Assembly (NCBI GenBank): GCA_963849525.1
Contig: CAWKHL010000004.1
Location: 48,509-112,508, forward strand
Source: an uncultured Acidobacteriota bacterium
GTDB lineage: Bacteria > Acidobacteriota > Vicinamibacteria > Vicinamibacterales > SCN-69-37
DNA: 64,000 nt
Reading direction: 5' to 3'
This document shows positions 20,280 to 30,177 of this stretch, piece by piece; the first letter of the stretch is position 1; every line of letters begins with the position of its first letter. The notes beneath the pieces are model-generated. The model did not search any database. It saw nothing but the letters and a program-made list of their open reading frames with translations, and had not been told where the DNA came from. A program made the position numbers and the translations under genes.

Positions 20280-21920
20280 ATGACCACTGCCATGTTCGTG
20301 CTCGCGGCGGCGATGACCGTCCAGACGCCGGCGCCTGCCTCGCCGCCGGCGGCATCGACCGACGCGCTGGCGCAGGCCTACTTTCTCTTCATCGAAGGCC
20401 GCACGGCCGAAGACCGCGCCGACCTGGCGACGGCCATCGCCGACTACAAGCAGGCGCTCGAGCAGGTGCCCACCGCCGCCGAGATCCATGCGCAGCTGGC
20501 GGACGTGTACGCGCGCGACGGCAAGACGAGCGAGGCGGTGACCGAAGCGCAGAGCGCGCTCGAGCTCGACGCCAAGAATCGCGAGGCCAACCGCACGCTC
20601 GGGCTCATCCAGGCCCAGCTCGCCGAGCGCACCTCGGACGCGGCCCGCGCCGCAACGCTCGTCACCCAGGCGATCGGTCATCTCGAAGTGGTGGCCGGCG
20701 ACCGGACGATCGACCTCGACGTCCAGCTCACGCTCGGGCGGCTGTACGTGCGCGTCAAGGACTATCCAAAGGCCATCCTGACGCTCCGGACCTTCCTGCT
20801 CGACGTGCCCAATTACCCGCAGGCGGCGATGCTGCTGGCGCAGTCCTACGAGCAGGTTGACCGCGTGCCGGACGCCATCACCGTGCTCAACTCGCTCGTG
20901 GCCGACGACCCGACCCAGGCGCGCGCGTGGGCGTGGCTGGGCGACCTGAACGAGGAAGTGCGCCAATGGAAGCCGGCCGCGGCCGCATGGGCCGAACTGG
21001 CCAATCAGGATCCGGAGAACGTGACGTATCGAATGCGCCAGGCGGGCGACCTGGCGAACGGCGGCGACCTGCCCGGAGCCCGTCAGGTCCTGGCCGACGC
21101 GACGAAGGCCTCGCCGACCGAGATTGGGCCCTGGTACGTGCTGTCCCGGATCGAGCGGCGTGCCGGGAATACCGCGGCGGCCGAAGACGCGGCCCGGCAC
21201 ATCATGACGCTCGACGCGACTGACTCGCGCGGACCGCTCGCGCTGGCCGACGCCAAAGGCGCCGAGGGAGACCTGCACGGCGTGATCGACACGCTCCAGC
21301 CGGTCGTGGCCGAACCGCGCGCCGAGGACGTGGCCGACGGGACCTACGCCGAAATGGTCACGCGCCTCGCGAGCGCGCTCCAGGGGACCGGTGACTCGGC
21401 GCGCGCGACGCAAGTGCTCGAGGCCGCCACGCAGCGCGACTCGAAGAACCTCACGCTGCGGTTCGACCTGGCCGAGGCCTATCAGGCCAGCCATCAATTC
21501 GATCGGGCCGAGCAGACCTACCGGGATCTGATTGCCGCCGACCCGAAGAATGCCGAGGCGCTGAACGACTTCGGCTACATGCTGGCCGACCGCGGCGAGC
21601 AGCTCGATGAAGCGGCCGGCCTGATTCGGCGCGCGGTCGCGCTCGATCCGGAGAACCCTTCCTTCCAGGACAGCCTCGGGTGGGTCTTGTTCAAGCAGAA
21701 GAAGTTCGAGGACGCCCGCGCGCCGCTCGAGCGCGCGGCGGGCGCTCGGCCCACCGTGTCGGTGATCCAGGACCACATGGCGCAGGTGTATTTCCAGCTG
21801 AAGATGTACCGCGAAGCCGCCGCGGCCTGGGACAAGGCGCTCGCCGGAGACCGTGACGGCATGGATGCGGCCGACGCGGCCACGCGTCGCGACCAGGCCA
21901 GGGCGCTGGCCGCGCAGTAG
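20280..21920 (+). CDS. Secreted tetratricopeptide (TPR) repeat protein
   Basis: ATG 20280, MTTAMFVLAAAMTVQTPAPA (signal-like), followed by many TPR-like 34-aa units. Only the last 546 codons of track ORF 18957..21920 are credible. Confidence 0.75.
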   Translation: MTTAMFVLAAAMTVQTPAPASPPAASTDALAQAYFLFIEGRTAEDRADLATAIADYKQALEQVPTAAEIHAQLADVYARDGKTSEAVTEAQSALELDAKNREANRTLGLIQAQLAERTSDAARAATLVTQAIGHLEVVAGDRTIDLDVQLTLGRLYVRVKDYPKAILTLRTFLLDVPNYPQAAMLLAQSYEQVDRVPDAITVLNSLVADDPTQARAWAWLGDLNEEVRQWKPAAAAWAELANQDPENVTYRMRQAGDLANGGDLPGARQVLADATKASPTEIGPWYVLSRIERRAGNTAAAEDAARHIMTLDATDSRGPLALADAKGAEGDLHGVIDTLQPVVAEPRAEDVADGTYAEMVTRLASALQGTGDSARATQVLEAATQRDSKNLTLRFDLAEAYQASHQFDRAEQTYRDLIAADPKNAEALNDFGYMLADRGEQLDEAAGLIRRAVALDPENPSFQDSLGWVLFKQKKFEDARAPLERAAGARPTVSVIQDHMAQVYFQLKMYREAAAAWDKALAGDRDGMDAADAATRRDQARALAAQ

Positions 21921-21932
21921 ACCGCGCGCCTC

Positions 21933-22793
21933 ATGTCCGACGCCTTCCCCATCAACGACGCCAGCGGTGTGACTGTTCCGACAGGTCTCGCGCGGCGCCG
22001 CCGCCTGGCCTGGTTCGCCGCGGGCCTGGTCCTGGCGTTCGGTTTCGCCGGCGCGTGCGCGCCGCATCCGATCGTGCTGCCGTCCGGGCCCGGGGCGGCC
22101 GCGCCCGACGCGGCGGCGGCCTGGGCCGAGGCCGCCGCGAGCTGCCGGCCGACGTCCACCTACTCAGCAGCGCTGCACGTGACCGGGCGGGTCGAGGGCC
22201 GCCGTCTTCGCGCGACCATCAACGGGGCCGTGACGTCAGCCGACCAGATCCGGCTCGAGATGCCCGTGGCCTTCGGCCCGCCGGGGTTCGTGCTGGCCGG
22301 CGGCGCGGGGCACGCCACGCTCCTCTTGCCCCGCGACCACGAAGTCGTCACCGCGCCGCCCGATCAGATCGTCCGTGCGCTCATCGGGCTGCCGCTCGGT
22401 CCGCGAGCGCTCCTGGCCGTGCTGGCCGGCTGCGCCGTGCAATCGACGGATCTGGCCCGTGCGGTACGATACGGCGACTTGGTAGCGGTCACGACCTCCG
22501 GGGGGCGAGTCTTTCTACGCGAGCAGGCGGGGCACTGGCGGATTGTCGCCGCCGACCTTGGCGAGTGGGTCGTCGAGTACCAGGCCTTCGACGGCCCGTG
22601 GCCATCGGCCTTGCGGCTGGCGTCGGCGGCCGGCCGCACGCCCGTGATCGCGCTGTCGGTCGAGATTCGCCAAATGGAAGTGAACAGAACGTTTACGACG
22701 GCGGACTTTTCGCTGGCCGTCCCGCCGGGAACCATGCCGCGCTCGATTGACGAACTTCACCGCGGCGGCCCGATGGCCGACACGCGCCCGTAA
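21933..22793 (+). CDS. Lipoprotein, LolB/DUF4292-like (position-based)
   Basis: 286 aa with lipobox ..LAFGFAGAC. Lies immediately upstream of ispE-prs, the same relative position as lolB in E. coli. Confidence 0.45.
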   Translation: MSDAFPINDASGVTVPTGLARRRRLAWFAAGLVLAFGFAGACAPHPIVLPSGPGAAAPDAAAAWAEAAASCRPTSTYSAALHVTGRVEGRRLRATINGAVTSADQIRLEMPVAFGPPGFVLAGGAGHATLLLPRDHEVVTAPPDQIVRALIGLPLGPRALLAVLAGCAVQSTDLARAVRYGDLVAVTTSGGRVFLREQAGHWRIVAADLGEWVVEYQAFDGPWPSALRLASAAGRTPVIALSVEIRQMEVNRTFTTADFSLAVPPGTMPRSIDELHRGGPMADTRP

Positions 22794-22805
22794 CCGGATG
22801 TCGCC

Positions 22806-23696
22806 GTGTCCCGCTCGTTGACGCTGCGCCCGTCCGCGAAGATCAACCTGACGCTGCGCGTGGGGCCGCGCCGGCCCGACGGCTTTCACGACGTGCGCAC
22901 GCTCATGCAGTCGGTGGCCCTGCACGACACGCTGGTCGTCACGGCGCGCCGCGGGCCGTTCGCGCTCTTCGGAGGCGGGCCGGGCCTGCCGACGGATTGG
23001 ACCAACCTGGTCTGGCGGGCGGCCGACGCGCTGTGGACGGCGCTCGGCCGGCCGGGCGACGCGCGCGACGCGCACGTGCGTCTGCAGAAGGAGATTCCGG
23101 CCGCGGCGGGCCTCGGCGGCGGCAGCGCCGACGCGGCCGCGGCCCTCGCGGGCCTGAACGTCGTGTGGGGCGGGCGGCTGACACGCGGCGACCTGATTCA
23201 GGTGGCCGCCGCCCTGGGCTCGGACGTGCCCTTCTTCCTGTACGGCGGCACGGCCTGCGCGGCCGGCCGGGGCGAGGACGTCTATCCGGTGGACGACGTG
23301 CGGCGTGCGGGCGTCGTGCTCATCAAGCCGTCGTTCGACGTGGCAACGGCCGACGCCTATCGATGGCTGGACGAGGATTGGGCCGCGGGCCTCGCGGACG
23401 CCGCTTGGGGGGGCCGCACGCTCGAGGTCGGGTGGCCGAGCGGGCCGCTCACGCTTGGCAACGACCTCGAGGCGCCGGTGGCGCGGCGGCACCCTGGTGT
23501 GGACGAGATGCTGGCGGCCGTGCGCGCGGAAGGGGCGCAGGTGGCGGCCATGACCGGGAGCGGCTCGGCCGTCTTCGGGGTGTTCGCCGAGGCGGCCGCA
23601 CGGCGGGCGGCCGAGCGCCTGCAGCGGCCGGCGTGGCTCGTGCGGCTTACGAGGACCCTGTCCCGCGCCGAAGCCGCCCGGCGCATGGGCCTGTGA
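22806..23696 (+). CDS. ispE: 4-diphosphocytidyl-2-C-methyl-D-erythritol kinase
   Basis: 296 aa. ..PSAKINLTLRVGPRRPDGFHDV..IPAAAGLGGGSADAAAAL.. is the GHMP kinase motif. prs is downstream. Confidence 0.9.
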   Translation: MSRSLTLRPSAKINLTLRVGPRRPDGFHDVRTLMQSVALHDTLVVTARRGPFALFGGGPGLPTDWTNLVWRAADALWTALGRPGDARDAHVRLQKEIPAAAGLGGGSADAAAALAGLNVVWGGRLTRGDLIQVAAALGSDVPFFLYGGTACAAGRGEDVYPVDDVRRAGVVLIKPSFDVATADAYRWLDEDWAAGLADAAWGGRTLEVGWPSGPLTLGNDLEAPVARRHPGVDEMLAAVRAEGAQVAAMTGSGSAVFGVFAEAAARRAAERLQRPAWLVRLTRTLSRAEAARRMGL

Positions 23697-23808
23697 TAAA
23701 CTTTCGGGTTTGCGAAGGGGACTTGGGCGCGGTCCAGAGTAACGCCACGTCCTGAGGCGCGGGCGACTGTCGCGACTCGGGGGGCAGTTCGACGAGCGAA
23801 GGGTGTTT

Positions 23809-23883
23809 TGGGGCGTGGCCAAGCGGTAAGGCGCGGGACTTTGGATCCCGTATTCGAAGGTTCGAATCCTTCCGCCCCAACCA
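23809..23883 (+). tRNA. tRNA-Gln (anticodon TTG)
   Basis: tggggcgtggccaagcggtaaggcgcgggacTTTGGatcccgt..gaaggttcgaatccttccgccccaACCA. Acceptor tggggcg/cgcccca, T-arm gaagg/ccttc, loop cTTTGGa gives anticodon TTG. CCA is encoded. Confidence 0.9.
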
Positions 23884-23934
23884 GTGCCACTGCGGGTTCA
23901 GGCGGTCGCGGCGCGCAACGCCGTCGAGAGTGTC

Positions 23935-24879
23935 ATGAGTCACGGTCAGCTCAAGTTGTTTACCGGGAGCGCGCACCCGGCTCTGGCGCACGAGATTGCC
24001 GAGCAGCTCGATATTCCGCTCGGCAACGCCCGTTTGCATCGGTTTCCGGACACCGAGGTCTCGTTCCAGATCGACGAGAACATCCGCGGGACCGACGTCT
24101 TTATCGTGCAGCCGACCTCGGCGCCGGTTGACGAGCACCTCGTCGAGTTGTGCGTGATGATCGATGCGTTTCGCCGGTCGTCGGCGTCGCGGATCACGGC
24201 GGTCGTGCCCTATTACGGCTACGCCCGGCAGGACCGGAAGGACAAGCCGCGCGTGCCGATTTCGGCCAAGCTCGTGGCCAATCTGCTGAGCGCCGCCGGG
24301 ACGAATCGCGTGCTGACGATGGATCTGCACAAGGCACAGATCCAGGGGTTCTTTGACATTCCGGTCGATCATCTGTTCGCCGCGCCGGCGATCATCGATT
24401 ACCTGGTCCGGCAGAACTTCGGACCGGTCACGATCGTCTCGCCGGACGCGGGCGGCGCCGAGCGGGCGCGCGCGTATGCCAAGCGGCTCGATGCCGACCT
24501 GGCGATCATCGACAAGCGGCGCAGCGAGGACGGGACGGCCGAGGTCATGAACGTCGTCGGGTCGGTCAAAGGGCGCGTGTGCGTGATTGCCGACGACATC
24601 ATCGACACGGCCGGGACGATTCAGAAGGCGGCGCTCGCGCTGCAGGAGAACGGCGCGAGCCGGGTGCTGGCGAGCGCGGTGCACGGCGTGCTGTCGGGGC
24701 CGGCGATGCAGCGCATCGAGTCGGCGCCGATCGACCGGCTCGTCGTGACCAACTCGATCCCGCTCAGCGGGACCGCGGCGGCCTGCAAGAAGATCGTCGT
24801 GCTCTCGGTGGCGCGCCTGCTGGCGCAGGCCATCCGGAGCATTCACGAAGAGACGTCGGTGTCGAAGTTGTTTGTTTAG
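23935..24879 (+). CDS. prs: Ribose-phosphate pyrophosphokinase
   Basis: 314 aa from ATG 23935. ..VVPYYGYARQDRK..DLHKAQIQGFF..VIADDIIDTAGT.. are PRPP synthetase motifs. Confidence 0.95.
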   Translation: MSHGQLKLFTGSAHPALAHEIAEQLDIPLGNARLHRFPDTEVSFQIDENIRGTDVFIVQPTSAPVDEHLVELCVMIDAFRRSSASRITAVVPYYGYARQDRKDKPRVPISAKLVANLLSAAGTNRVLTMDLHKAQIQGFFDIPVDHLFAAPAIIDYLVRQNFGPVTIVSPDAGGAERARAYAKRLDADLAIIDKRRSEDGTAEVMNVVGSVKGRVCVIADDIIDTAGTIQKAALALQENGASRVLASAVHGVLSGPAMQRIESAPIDRLVVTNSIPLSGTAAACKKIVVLSVARLLAQAIRSIHEETSVSKLFV

Positions 24880-24885
24880 GGCGTC

Positions 24886-24951
24886 AAGTTGGAAGGCAGA
24901 AGCCAGAAGTCAGAAGTGACTTCCGACTTTTGGCTTCTCACTTCTAACTTG
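24886..24951. repeat. Inverted AGAAGNN heptamer arrays (imperfect ~30-bp hairpin) after prs
   Basis: caagttggaaggcagaagccagaagtcagaagtgac / ttccgacttttggcttctcacttctaacttgg. About 26 of 32 positions are complementary. Confidence 0.8.
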
Positions 24952-24964
24952 GAGAGGTTCACTC

Positions 24965-25642
24965 ATGGAAGCGACACTTGAAGCCGTTCGCCGCGAGGGG
25001 TTCGGCAAGAATGAGGCGGGGCGCTTGCGGCGGAGCGGCCGGATTCCGGCGGTGCTCTACGGCGGGAATGACCGGAAGGCCGAATCGGTGGCGGTTGACC
25101 CGAAGGCGCTGATGCACATTCTTCATTCGCAGGGCGGCACCAACACGCTCATTGCGCTGAAGATCGACGGCGCCGACGATACGCGGGTGCTCGTCAAGGA
25201 GTTTCAGCTCGACCCGGTGGGCCACAAGCTGCTGCACGCCGACTTCTACCGCGTCGCCATGGACCGGGTGCTCCAGGTGACCATTCCGGTGCGGCTGACG
25301 GGGGAGGCGAAGACGGCGAAGGCCCTGGGCGGCATGGTCGACTTCGTCCACCGCGAGCTGGTCATCGAGTGCCTGCCGGCGAACATTCCCGAGCACATCA
25401 CGGTGGACGTCACCGACCTGATGATCAACCAGGGCGTGCGCGTCCGCGACCTGCCGACCGACGGCACGTGGACGGCCGTCAGCGAGCCGGACACGCTGAT
25501 CGTCCATGTCGTCTCGCCGAAGGCCGAGGTCGAGCCGGTCGCGGCCGACGCGGCGGCGGCGGCGCCCGTGGCGGCCGAGCCCGAGGTCATCAAGAAGGGC
25601 AAGGTCGAGAAGGCCGACGAACCGGAGGAGAAGAAGAAGTAG
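24965..25642 (+). CDS. rplY: 50S ribosomal protein L25 / general stress protein Ctc
   Basis: 225 aa. ..REGFGKNEAGRLRRSGRIPAVLYG..HKLLHADFYRV.. with an acidic/Lys-rich tail. Classical prs-ctc-pth order. Confidence 0.9.
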   Translation: MEATLEAVRREGFGKNEAGRLRRSGRIPAVLYGGNDRKAESVAVDPKALMHILHSQGGTNTLIALKIDGADDTRVLVKEFQLDPVGHKLLHADFYRVAMDRVLQVTIPVRLTGEAKTAKALGGMVDFVHRELVIECLPANIPEHITVDVTDLMINQGVRVRDLPTDGTWTAVSEPDTLIVHVVSPKAEVEPVAADAAAAAPVAAEPEVIKKGKVEKADEPEEKKK

Positions 25643-25674
25643 CGCGCCGCGATTCGCGCCTGGCGCCTTTGACG

Positions 25675-26259
25675 ATGAAGTTGATCGCCGGCCTTGGCAA
25701 CGTGCCGGAATCCCGATACGGGGGGACGCGCCACAATGTCGGGTTCGAGGTGGTCGACGAGGTCGCGCGGCGCCACGGGGCGGTGTTCGGCAGCGCGCCG
25801 GCCGACGCGCTCGAGGCCCGATGGCGGCACGGCGGCGAGGCGGCGCTGCTCGTCAAGCCGCTGACGCTGATGAACCTCAGCGGCGAGGCCATCGGCGCGC
25901 TGGTGCGGTACTACCGGGTGGCGCCGCCGGATCTGTTGGTCGTCTGCGACGACGTGAATCTGCCCCTCGGGCGGCTCCGCGCGCGGGCGTCCGGATCCGA
26001 AGGGGGACACAACGGGCTGCGCTCGATTGCGCAGCATCTGGGTACGACCGACTACGCGCGCTTGCGCGTTGGCGTGGGTCGGGGAGATGTGAGGCGCGAT
26101 CTGGCCGGCCACGTGCTGGCGAGATTCGAGCCGGACGAGCGTCCCGGGATTGAGGCTGCGATTACCCGGGCCGCCGATGCCGTCGAGGTCTGGACCGCCG
26201 AGGGTCTGGCGCGCGTGATGGCGACGTTCAATCGGGCCGAAGAAGATGACGTGAAGTAA
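25675..26259 (+). CDS. pth: Peptidyl-tRNA hydrolase
   Basis: 194 aa from ATG 25675. MKLIAGLGNVPESRYGGTRHNVGFEVVD..KPLTLMNLSGEA..GSEGGHNGLRSI.. Confidence 0.93.
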   Translation: MKLIAGLGNVPESRYGGTRHNVGFEVVDEVARRHGAVFGSAPADALEARWRHGGEAALLVKPLTLMNLSGEAIGALVRYYRVAPPDLLVVCDDVNLPLGRLRARASGSEGGHNGLRSIAQHLGTTDYARLRVGVGRGDVRRDLAGHVLARFEPDERPGIEAAITRAADAVEVWTAEGLARVMATFNRAEEDDVK

Positions 26260-26419
26260 GGCGGACCGCGCGGCGGTCCGGGCAACACACTCCTTGCCGC
26301 CTTCGATGGAAGGCGGCCGCGCCTGTGACGCGCGGACGACGCGGGGCGAGGGCCCCGCGCGCACGCGCGGCGGAGGTCGGGGCAGACCGCCCCGGGTGAG
26401 CACGTCCAAGAGGAGAGTC

Positions 26420-26875
26420 ATGAGCACCGTTCGTCAGTACCAGTTGGTTTATATCGCCCCGCCCGACGCGACCGAGGAAGCGCTGGCGGAACTGCATCAG
26501 CAGGTCGCCACCGTCGTCGATCGGTTCGGCGGCGTCATCGATCGCACCGAACCTTGGGGCCGGCGGAAGCTGGCCTACGAGATCGCCCGCCAGCGCGAGG
26601 GGAACTACGTGCTGGAGGTCATCAGCGGGCCCGCCAGCATGACGGCGGAGCTCGACCGCCGCCTCCGCGTGCTCGACAACGTCCTGCGCCACCTGATCGT
26701 GCGCGTCGATGAGGAATTGGCGGTGGCCGAGCGCGCCCAGGTGCGCCGCAAGACCGACATGGCCAAGCGGCGCGTCCGTCGCGGGTTGCCGCCCGAGCCC
26801 ACCGAGGGCGAGCGCAAGCGGCAGGATGACGACGACGATGACGGGCGCGACGGGGACAGGGGAGGAGACCGATGA
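26420..26875 (+). CDS. rpsF: 30S ribosomal protein S6 (acidic C-terminal tail)
   Basis: ATG 26420 preceded by aggagag. [31 protein letters not shown].. Followed directly by rpsR. Confidence 0.9.
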   Translation: MSTVRQYQLVYIAPPDATEEALAELHQQVATVVDRFGGVIDRTEPWGRRKLAYEIARQREGNYVLEVISGPASMTAELDRRLRVLDNVLRHLIVRVDEELAVAERAQVRRKTDMAKRRVRRGLPPEPTEGERKRQDDDDDDGRDGDRGGDR

Positions 26876-27162
26876 GCGACTACGACAAGGAGCGGGGCGG
26901 CCGATCGGGCGGCAAGAAGGACAGCAGCGAGAAGGGCGGACGCCGGACGTTCTTTCGCCGCCGCCGGGTCTGCAAGTTCTGCGTTGAGAAGATCGACTAC
27001 ATCAACTACAAGGACGTGCGGCTGCTCGCGCCGTTCATTCCCGAGCGCGGCAAGATTCAGCCGCGCCGCATCTCCGGGACCTGCGCGACGCATCAGCGGG
27101 CGCTGCAGACGGCCATCAAGCGCGCGCGGCAGCTTGCGCTCGTGCCGTACGCCACCGACTAG
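26872..27162 (+). CDS. rpsR: 30S ribosomal protein S18
   Basis: 96 aa. ..[64 protein letters not shown].. Confidence 0.95.
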   Translation: MSDYDKERGGRSGGKKDSSEKGGRRTFFRRRRVCKFCVEKIDYINYKDVRLLAPFIPERGKIQPRRISGTCATHQRALQTAIKRARQLALVPYATD

Positions 27163-27171
27163 GGGACCGAT

Positions 27172-27621
27172 ATGCCCATCGAAGTGATCCTGAAGGAATA
27201 CGTCGAGCACCTCGGCAACCGCGGCGAGGTCGTCAAGGTGGCCGACGGCTACGCGCGCAACTACCTCCTCCCGCGCAAGCTGGCCCTCGCCGTGACCGAC
27301 GAGAACAAGCGCCAGATCGAGCGTGAGCGCACGAAAGCCGAAGCCCGCGAGCGCGAAGAGCGCACGGCGGCCGAGGCCATGGCCAGCCGCCTCGAGACGG
27401 CCGAGGTGTCGATCGCGCGCCGCGTCGGCGAGAACGAGATGCTGTACGGGTCGGTCACGTCGGCCGACATCGCCGACGCGCTGGCCGCCAAGGATCTCGT
27501 CGTTGACCGGCGGCGGATTCTGATGGACGAGCCGCTCAAGGCGCTCGGCGAGCACACGGTGTCGGTGAAGCTGTACCGCGACGTGACCGTGGCGCTCAAA
27601 GTGCAGGTCGTCCCGGCGTAA
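27172..27621 (+). CDS. rplI: 50S ribosomal protein L9
   Basis: 149 aa. MPIEVILKEYVEHLGNRGEVVKVADGYARNYLLPRKLA.. Confidence 0.95.
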   Translation: MPIEVILKEYVEHLGNRGEVVKVADGYARNYLLPRKLALAVTDENKRQIERERTKAEAREREERTAAEAMASRLETAEVSIARRVGENEMLYGSVTSADIADALAAKDLVVDRRRILMDEPLKALGEHTVSVKLYRDVTVALKVQVVPA

Positions 27622-27640
27622 GCGGGAACGGAGGGGGCGC

Positions 27641-28987
27641 ATGTCCGACCGCACGCTTCCGCACAATCTCGAGGCGGAGAAGTGCGTGCTCGGGGCCGTC
27701 CTCATCAACAACCAGGCGTTCAATCAGGCCGCCGAGGTGCTCGACGCGGAGGACTTCTTTCGAGATGCGCACCGGCGCATCTTCGAGAAGATGGTCATCT
27801 TGACCGACCGGAGCGAGCCGGTCGATCCGGTCACGCTCAAGGACGAGCTGGCCCGGGCCGGGGAAATCGAGAGCGTCGGCGGCCCGGCCTACATCTCGGC
27901 GCTCACCGACCTCGTCCCCCGGTCGGCCAACGTCGAGTACTACGCCCGGATCGTCAAGGAGAAGTTGACGCTGCGGCGGCTGATCCAATCGGCCACCGGG
28001 ATTCTCTCGCGCGCCTACGAGGCCGAAGAGGACGCCGACCTGCTGCTCGACGAGGCGGAGCGGTCGATCTTCCAGATCGCCGAGAACCGCCTGCGCGCCG
28101 GCTTCGTGCCGCTGAGCGAACTGGTCGCCTCCAGCTATCAGATCATCGAGAAGCTGCACGAGCAGAAGGGGCTCGTCACGGGCGTGCCGAGCGGGTTCGT
28201 CGACCTCGACGACCTCACGTCGGGCTTCCAGAAAGCGGACCTCGTGATCGTGGCCGCGCGCCCATCCATGGGCAAGACCAGCTTCGTCCTCAACCTCGCG
28301 CAGCACTGCGGGATCGACGCCGGTAAGACGGTCGGCATCTTCAGCCTCGAGATGTCGAAGGAGCAGCTCTTCATCCGGATGCTCACGTCCGAGGCGCGGA
28401 TCGACGCCCACCGCTTCCGAGGCGGGTTTCTGGGCGACACCGACTATCAGCGGCTGGCCGTCGCCAGCGCGCGGCTGCACGACGCCAAGGTGTTCATCGA
28501 CGACTCGCCGGCCATCGGCATCCTCGAGATGCGCGCCAAGGCGCGGCGGCTGAAGCTCGAGCACGGACTCGACATGCTCGTCATCGACTACCTGCAGCTC
28601 ATGCAGGGGCGCGGGCGGTTCGACAACCGCCAGCAGGAGCTGGCGTCGATCTCACGGTCGCTCAAGATTCTGGCCAAGGAGCTCGACGTGCCGATCCTGG
28701 CGCTGAGCCAGCTCAGCCGGGCGCCGGAAGCGCGCGGCGATCATCGGCCGCAGCTCTCCGACCTGCGCGAGTCGGGCGCCCTCGAGCAGGACGCCGACGT
28801 CGTGCTCTTCATCTTCCGCGAGGAAATGTACGGGGGCGAGGATCGCCCGCCGGAGAGCGAAGGCGTGGCCGAGATCATCATCGGCAAGCAGCGCAACGGC
28901 CCGACCGGGACCGTGCGGCTCGCGTTCCTGAAGCAGTACACGCGGTTCGAAAATCTGCAGGCGGCCGGAGCCACCGGGCCGTTCTGA
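27641..28987 (+). CDS. dnaB: Replicative DNA helicase DnaB
   Basis: 448 aa. ..LPHNLEAEKCVLGAVL..GVPSGFVDLDDLTSGF..AARPSMGKTSF..LSQLSRAPE..FREEMY.. Confidence 0.95.
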   Translation: MSDRTLPHNLEAEKCVLGAVLINNQAFNQAAEVLDAEDFFRDAHRRIFEKMVILTDRSEPVDPVTLKDELARAGEIESVGGPAYISALTDLVPRSANVEYYARIVKEKLTLRRLIQSATGILSRAYEAEEDADLLLDEAERSIFQIAENRLRAGFVPLSELVASSYQIIEKLHEQKGLVTGVPSGFVDLDDLTSGFQKADLVIVAARPSMGKTSFVLNLAQHCGIDAGKTVGIFSLEMSKEQLFIRMLTSEARIDAHRFRGGFLGDTDYQRLAVASARLHDAKVFIDDSPAIGILEMRAKARRLKLEHGLDMLVIDYLQLMQGRGRFDNRQQELASISRSLKILAKELDVPILALSQLSRAPEARGDHRPQLSDLRESGALEQDADVVLFIFREEMYGGEDRPPESEGVAEIIIGKQRNGPTGTVRLAFLKQYTRFENLQAAGATGPF

Positions 28988-29004
28988 ATCCAGCGAGGCG
29001 CCTT

Positions 29005-30177
29005 GTGCCAGCCGTGAGCCGCATCGAGCCCGTCGTGGCCGCGCGCCCGACGGTGGCGGTCGTCGATCTTGACGCGATTGCGGCCAACGTGCGCGCGCTC
29101 AGGGCGATGGTGGCGTCCGAGCGGGAGCCGGCGGGCGCGCGGCCGCCCGGCGTCATTGCCGTGCTCAAGGCGAACGCGTACGGCCACGGCGCCATGCGTG
29201 TCGGCCCGGCGCTCGAATCGGCCGGCGCGGCGATGCTGGCCTGCGCGGATATCGAGGAAGGCGTGGCGCTGCGCCGCGCGGGCGTGACGATTCCGATTCT
29301 CGTCTTCGGCGCGCTCAGCATCAGCGACCTCTCCGGCGTGTTCGAGCAGCGGCTGACGCCGACCATCTCCTCGCCGGCCGCCGCGCGGGCGCTCGAACAG
29401 GCCGCACGCGAGCGCGGCGTGCGGCTGCACTGCCATCTCAAGATCGACACGGGGATGAACCGGCTCGGCTTCCGCCACGACAACCTCGCGCGGACGATGC
29501 CGCCCGTGGTCGCGAGCCCGCACCTCGAGATTGACGCGGTCTACACGCACTTTGCCACGGCCGACGAGCCCGAGAGGGCGTTTCTCGACGAGCAGCGCGC
29601 GCGGTTCGACCGGGCGCGCGCGGCGCTGGGGGCGATGGGCGTGCGCGGCATCGGCGTCCATGCCGCGAACTCGGCCGCGCTCCTGCGCGATACGCGGACG
29701 TGGTACGACTGGGTCCGGCCCGGCCTGCTGCTCTACGGCGTCGTCCCGCCGCCGCTTGGCGCCGAGCCGCTGGCGCTTCGCCCGGCGTTGTCGCTCGTGA
29801 GCCGCGTCGTCGCCGTCAAGGGCCTGCGTCCGGGCGAGGGGACGGGCTACGGCTTGCGCTGGACGGCTGACTCGCCCCGATCGATCGCCATCGTGCCCGC
29901 CGGCTACGCCGACGGGCTGGATACGCGCCTGGCCAACCGCGCGTCGGTGCTCATTGGCGGCCGCCGCGCGCCGATCGTCGGGTCGGTGTGCATGGACATG
30001 ATCGTGGTTGACGTCACGGACCTCGGCGTCTCGCCCGGCGATGAAGTCGTCATCATCGGCCGCCAGGGCCGCGAAGAAATCACCGCCCGAGAAGTCGCCG
30101 CCGCGATTGGCGCGATCCCGTGGGAGATCCTGTGCCGGCTGGGCAGTCGGATTGAAAGACGGTACGAAGGAAGTTAG
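29005..30177 (+). CDS. alr: Alanine racemase
   Basis: 390 aa. ..VLKANAYGHGA (PLP-lysine motif)..KIDTGMNRLGF..GYADG..VCMDM.. The gene ends ..AGT-TAG inside the first unit of the repeat array. Confidence 0.9.
   Translation: MPAVSRIEPVVAARPTVAVVDLDAIAANVRALRAMVASEREPAGARPPGVIAVLKANAYGHGAMRVGPALESAGAAMLACADIEEGVALRRAGVTIPILVFGALSISDLSGVFEQRLTPTISSPAAARALEQAARERGVRLHCHLKIDTGMNRLGFRHDNLARTMPPVVASPHLEIDAVYTHFATADEPERAFLDEQRARFDRARAALGAMGVRGIGVHAANSAALLRDTRTWYDWVRPGLLLYGVVPPPLGAEPLALRPALSLVSRVVAVKGLRPGEGTGYGLRWTADSPRSIAIVPAGYADGLDTRLANRASVLIGGRRAPIVGSVCMDMIVVDVTDLGVSPGDEVVIIGRQGREEITAREVAAAIGAIPWEILCRLGSRIERRYEGS

Noticed and set aside
18957-21920. 987-aa plus-strand ORF and 665-aa minus-strand ORF (20070..22067) taken at face value
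   Set aside because: Only the 3' 546 codons (TPR protein from ATG 20280) and the last 56 codons (Trm112, 20070-20240) respectively are protein-like. The rest overlaps real genes on the other strand.
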